64,000 bases of DNA, taken from contig CM052818.1 in NCBI GenBank assembly GCA_028534125.1, positions 25,856,001 to 25,920,000 on the forward strand, written 5' to 3'. Of this stretch, positions 61,861 to 64,000 are shown piece after piece. The notes below the pieces were generated by a model. It did no database searches and was not told the DNA's origin. It saw only the letters and a program-made list of their open reading frames with translations. The first letter of the stretch is position 1. Each line of letters starts with the position of its first letter. The translations under genes and the position numbers were made by a program. The DNA comes from Lama glama. Its lineage: Eukaryota.

Positions 61861-62974
61861 GCTTGAAAGATAAATATTTGCCAGGCAGATCAGGTGGCAG
61901 TGGCATTACTTGCAGGTATCTCAGCTTGAGCAAAGAACTGAAACGGGAAACAGAAAGAAGGAACTCATTTCCTGAGTATATAAACTTGAAGCCAGACCTC
62001 AAAAACATTGAGGGAGGGGAGAAACGGTGCTGGGCTAGGGGGAGGTGTTTGAGGTGAGGTGCAGGTTTAATGGTCAAAATTTAATGATGAAACTACTAGT
62101 GGCAGGGAATCCGAGGATTAAAATTAAGTAGGTTACCACAAGGACAGGTAATTCTAAGGGCGTTATCAAGGTGGATGTTTTGCCTGCCAACTAGCCAGCC
62201 GGTTTTGGGGAGTTTGGAATTGAGCTTGGGTGTGAGATAGAAAGAAAGGTTCGGCTGCTCTTCAGTTACAAATAAAGGACATTGATTGTAATAAGGCCAA
62301 TGTGGACAATGTCTTAATCTTAAAAGATAGGCACTTCCTTCCATGAAGCATGGATTTCCCACTGACTTCAAAGGCATTCCTGAGGGCGGGAGCGCTGGGG
62401 GGATGTTAGGGGCCTCTGGATAGGCTGTCTGCAGTAGATACGTTCACTGCCCTGTTCTCAGAGGAGTTGAAAGCACAGGGCAGTGTTTGCTTCAAGCTAC
62501 AAGCACATTTTCTGTATCCTGGTGGCTGAGTTCACTCCCTCATCTTTACTTTTCAAAAAGTGTTACAGAATATAACACAGTTCCTAAGGAGTTCCTGACT
62601 TTTGTATGCTGGTATTAATTTAAATGCTAGTCACTATCTACTTTACAAAATGTGCTCAAGCAAAAGTCAAAGTCCAGTTCAAGAATTTGGATTTTTGTTA
62701 CTCCCACTACTAAACTATTTCAGTGACTACAAGACATCTGTGAATTTCATAGAAGTTGATCATTCAAGTTGATGTTCCCGTTGGGTCAAGGAGAGTGCTT
62801 GTCACGGTGCTCATGGGTGCCCTTGTGCTGGACTTCGGTGGTGTTTCCCTGCACTCCAGCTACCTGGAACAGTTCCCTGGACATCCAGTAGCTGTTTCTA
62901 GCCACTAGTGGCCTGCATACATGGTTCTTAGGATTACAGAGATTCCAGTGCCCATCCCAAGACCAGCATGTTAT

Positions 62975-63190
62975 CTAGAGATGTATGGTTAAAAACATCA
63001 ACTCTGGAGGCAGACAGAGCAGCATTTAAATCTCAGCTCCACAATTTACTAATCATGTGGCCTTGAAAAAATTATGCCACCTTTTAAAGCCCCAGTTTCT
63101 TTTTCTGTAAAAGGCTGATGGTGCCAATAATCCTTGCCAAATAGAGGTGTTTTATAGATTAAGTGAAATTATGAATAGGTATTATTGTTA
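62975..63190 (+). mobile_element. MIR SINE
   Basis: actctggaggcagacaga...aaatctcagctccac...tgtggccttg...ccccagtttctttttctgtaaaa. Confidence 0.8.
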
Positions 63191-63299
63191 TTCACTATGT
63201 TCCTGCTCTTCAATCTCTCCTTAGACTTGATTGGAGTAATAATCATGATGGTGGGGGGCTTTATCTGTATTATCCGTAATCATCATGAAAGAATGCTAG

Positions 63300-63430
63300 G
63301 AATAGAGCTGAGCTTTACAGCAGAGGAAACTGAGGGTCAAAGAGGTTAATTAACTTTATCAAGGTCATAAACCAACCAGTAGAGCTGGGGTCTGAACTCC
63401 AGAGTTGGTGTTCTTTTCTCTAAGTGACAC
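63300..63430 (-). mobile_element. MIR SINE
   Basis: tttacagcagaggaaactgagggtcaaagaggttaattaactttatcaaggtcata. Confidence 0.8.
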
Positions 63431-64000
63431 TGATGCTCAAATACCTCAGTTCAAATCATTGTTCTGAGGATGAATATGGATTGGAAGTGTCATTATTTCC
63501 CTCTTACATTCATGAGGGACAGCTGTCCCTTGCTCCAGAAAACAATGGACACCAAATAATAAGCAGCAAGCTGGGTGGAAGCCCATCTGCCCACAGTGTT
63601 CCATGTGGAGCAACTACCTTTCAGGAGGCCCTCAGTTCTCAATGGGAGAGCAGCGCGGCGGTGTCAGAGGGGCGTGCACCCATGGCCAGGGTCCTCCCAG
63701 TGTTAGCCCCAAGAAACCCTTGATGTTCTGGATTTGATCTCCTTTATAGGATATAATCCAATGACACTGGCTTATCAGCTTTGAATATAAATAAAATGTC
63801 CCTGCCAGTCAATAACTCAGAGCCCCTATTCTTGTTCACAACTACTCCAGCAGGAACTTTGATTTCCCTCCTTCCCTGCAAAAAATTTCCTCTCTGCCCC
63901 TCCCTCAAAATGTTAATCCCAAAGAAAGCCTCAGATGAGGCAAATTGGTTTGTTAGCCACAGTCACTGCACAACTTTTGGGGTTAATGAGTGGCCACTGC

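Noticed and set aside
62083..62160. C/D snoRNA-like box C ATGATGA (also near 16489 and 23197)
   Set aside because: No properly placed CTGA box D, terminal stem or recognisable rRNA guide.

Overview
Mammalian, non-coding, repeat-rich genomic DNA, most likely from a camelid (alpaca, llama or camel). The lineage call rests on two tRNA-derived vic-1-like SINEs and several artiodactyl-type L1 3' ends. I recognise no protein-coding gene, RNA gene, CRISPR array or CpG island. The supplied ORFs look like chance ORFs or microsatellite/N-gap artefacts. The window contains ancient repeats (L2, MIR, L1M, MER5/58/96/102, Tigger5/MER47, a Zaphod-type hAT transposase relic, MaLR/ERVL LTRs), two well-delimited solo LTRs with target-site duplications (TSDs), and a 500-N scaffold gap. 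Repeat family names come from remembered consensus sequences, not a search, and the boundaries of old repeats are approximate. The most notable items are a nested L2>SINE>L1 insertion with a probable 3' transduction (51.3-51.9 kb), two recursive-splice-like AG|GT motifs, and a few strong + strand splice signals including a candidate 23-nt microexon. Together these suggest a long intron of an unidentified + strand gene. I found no convincing new biological system.
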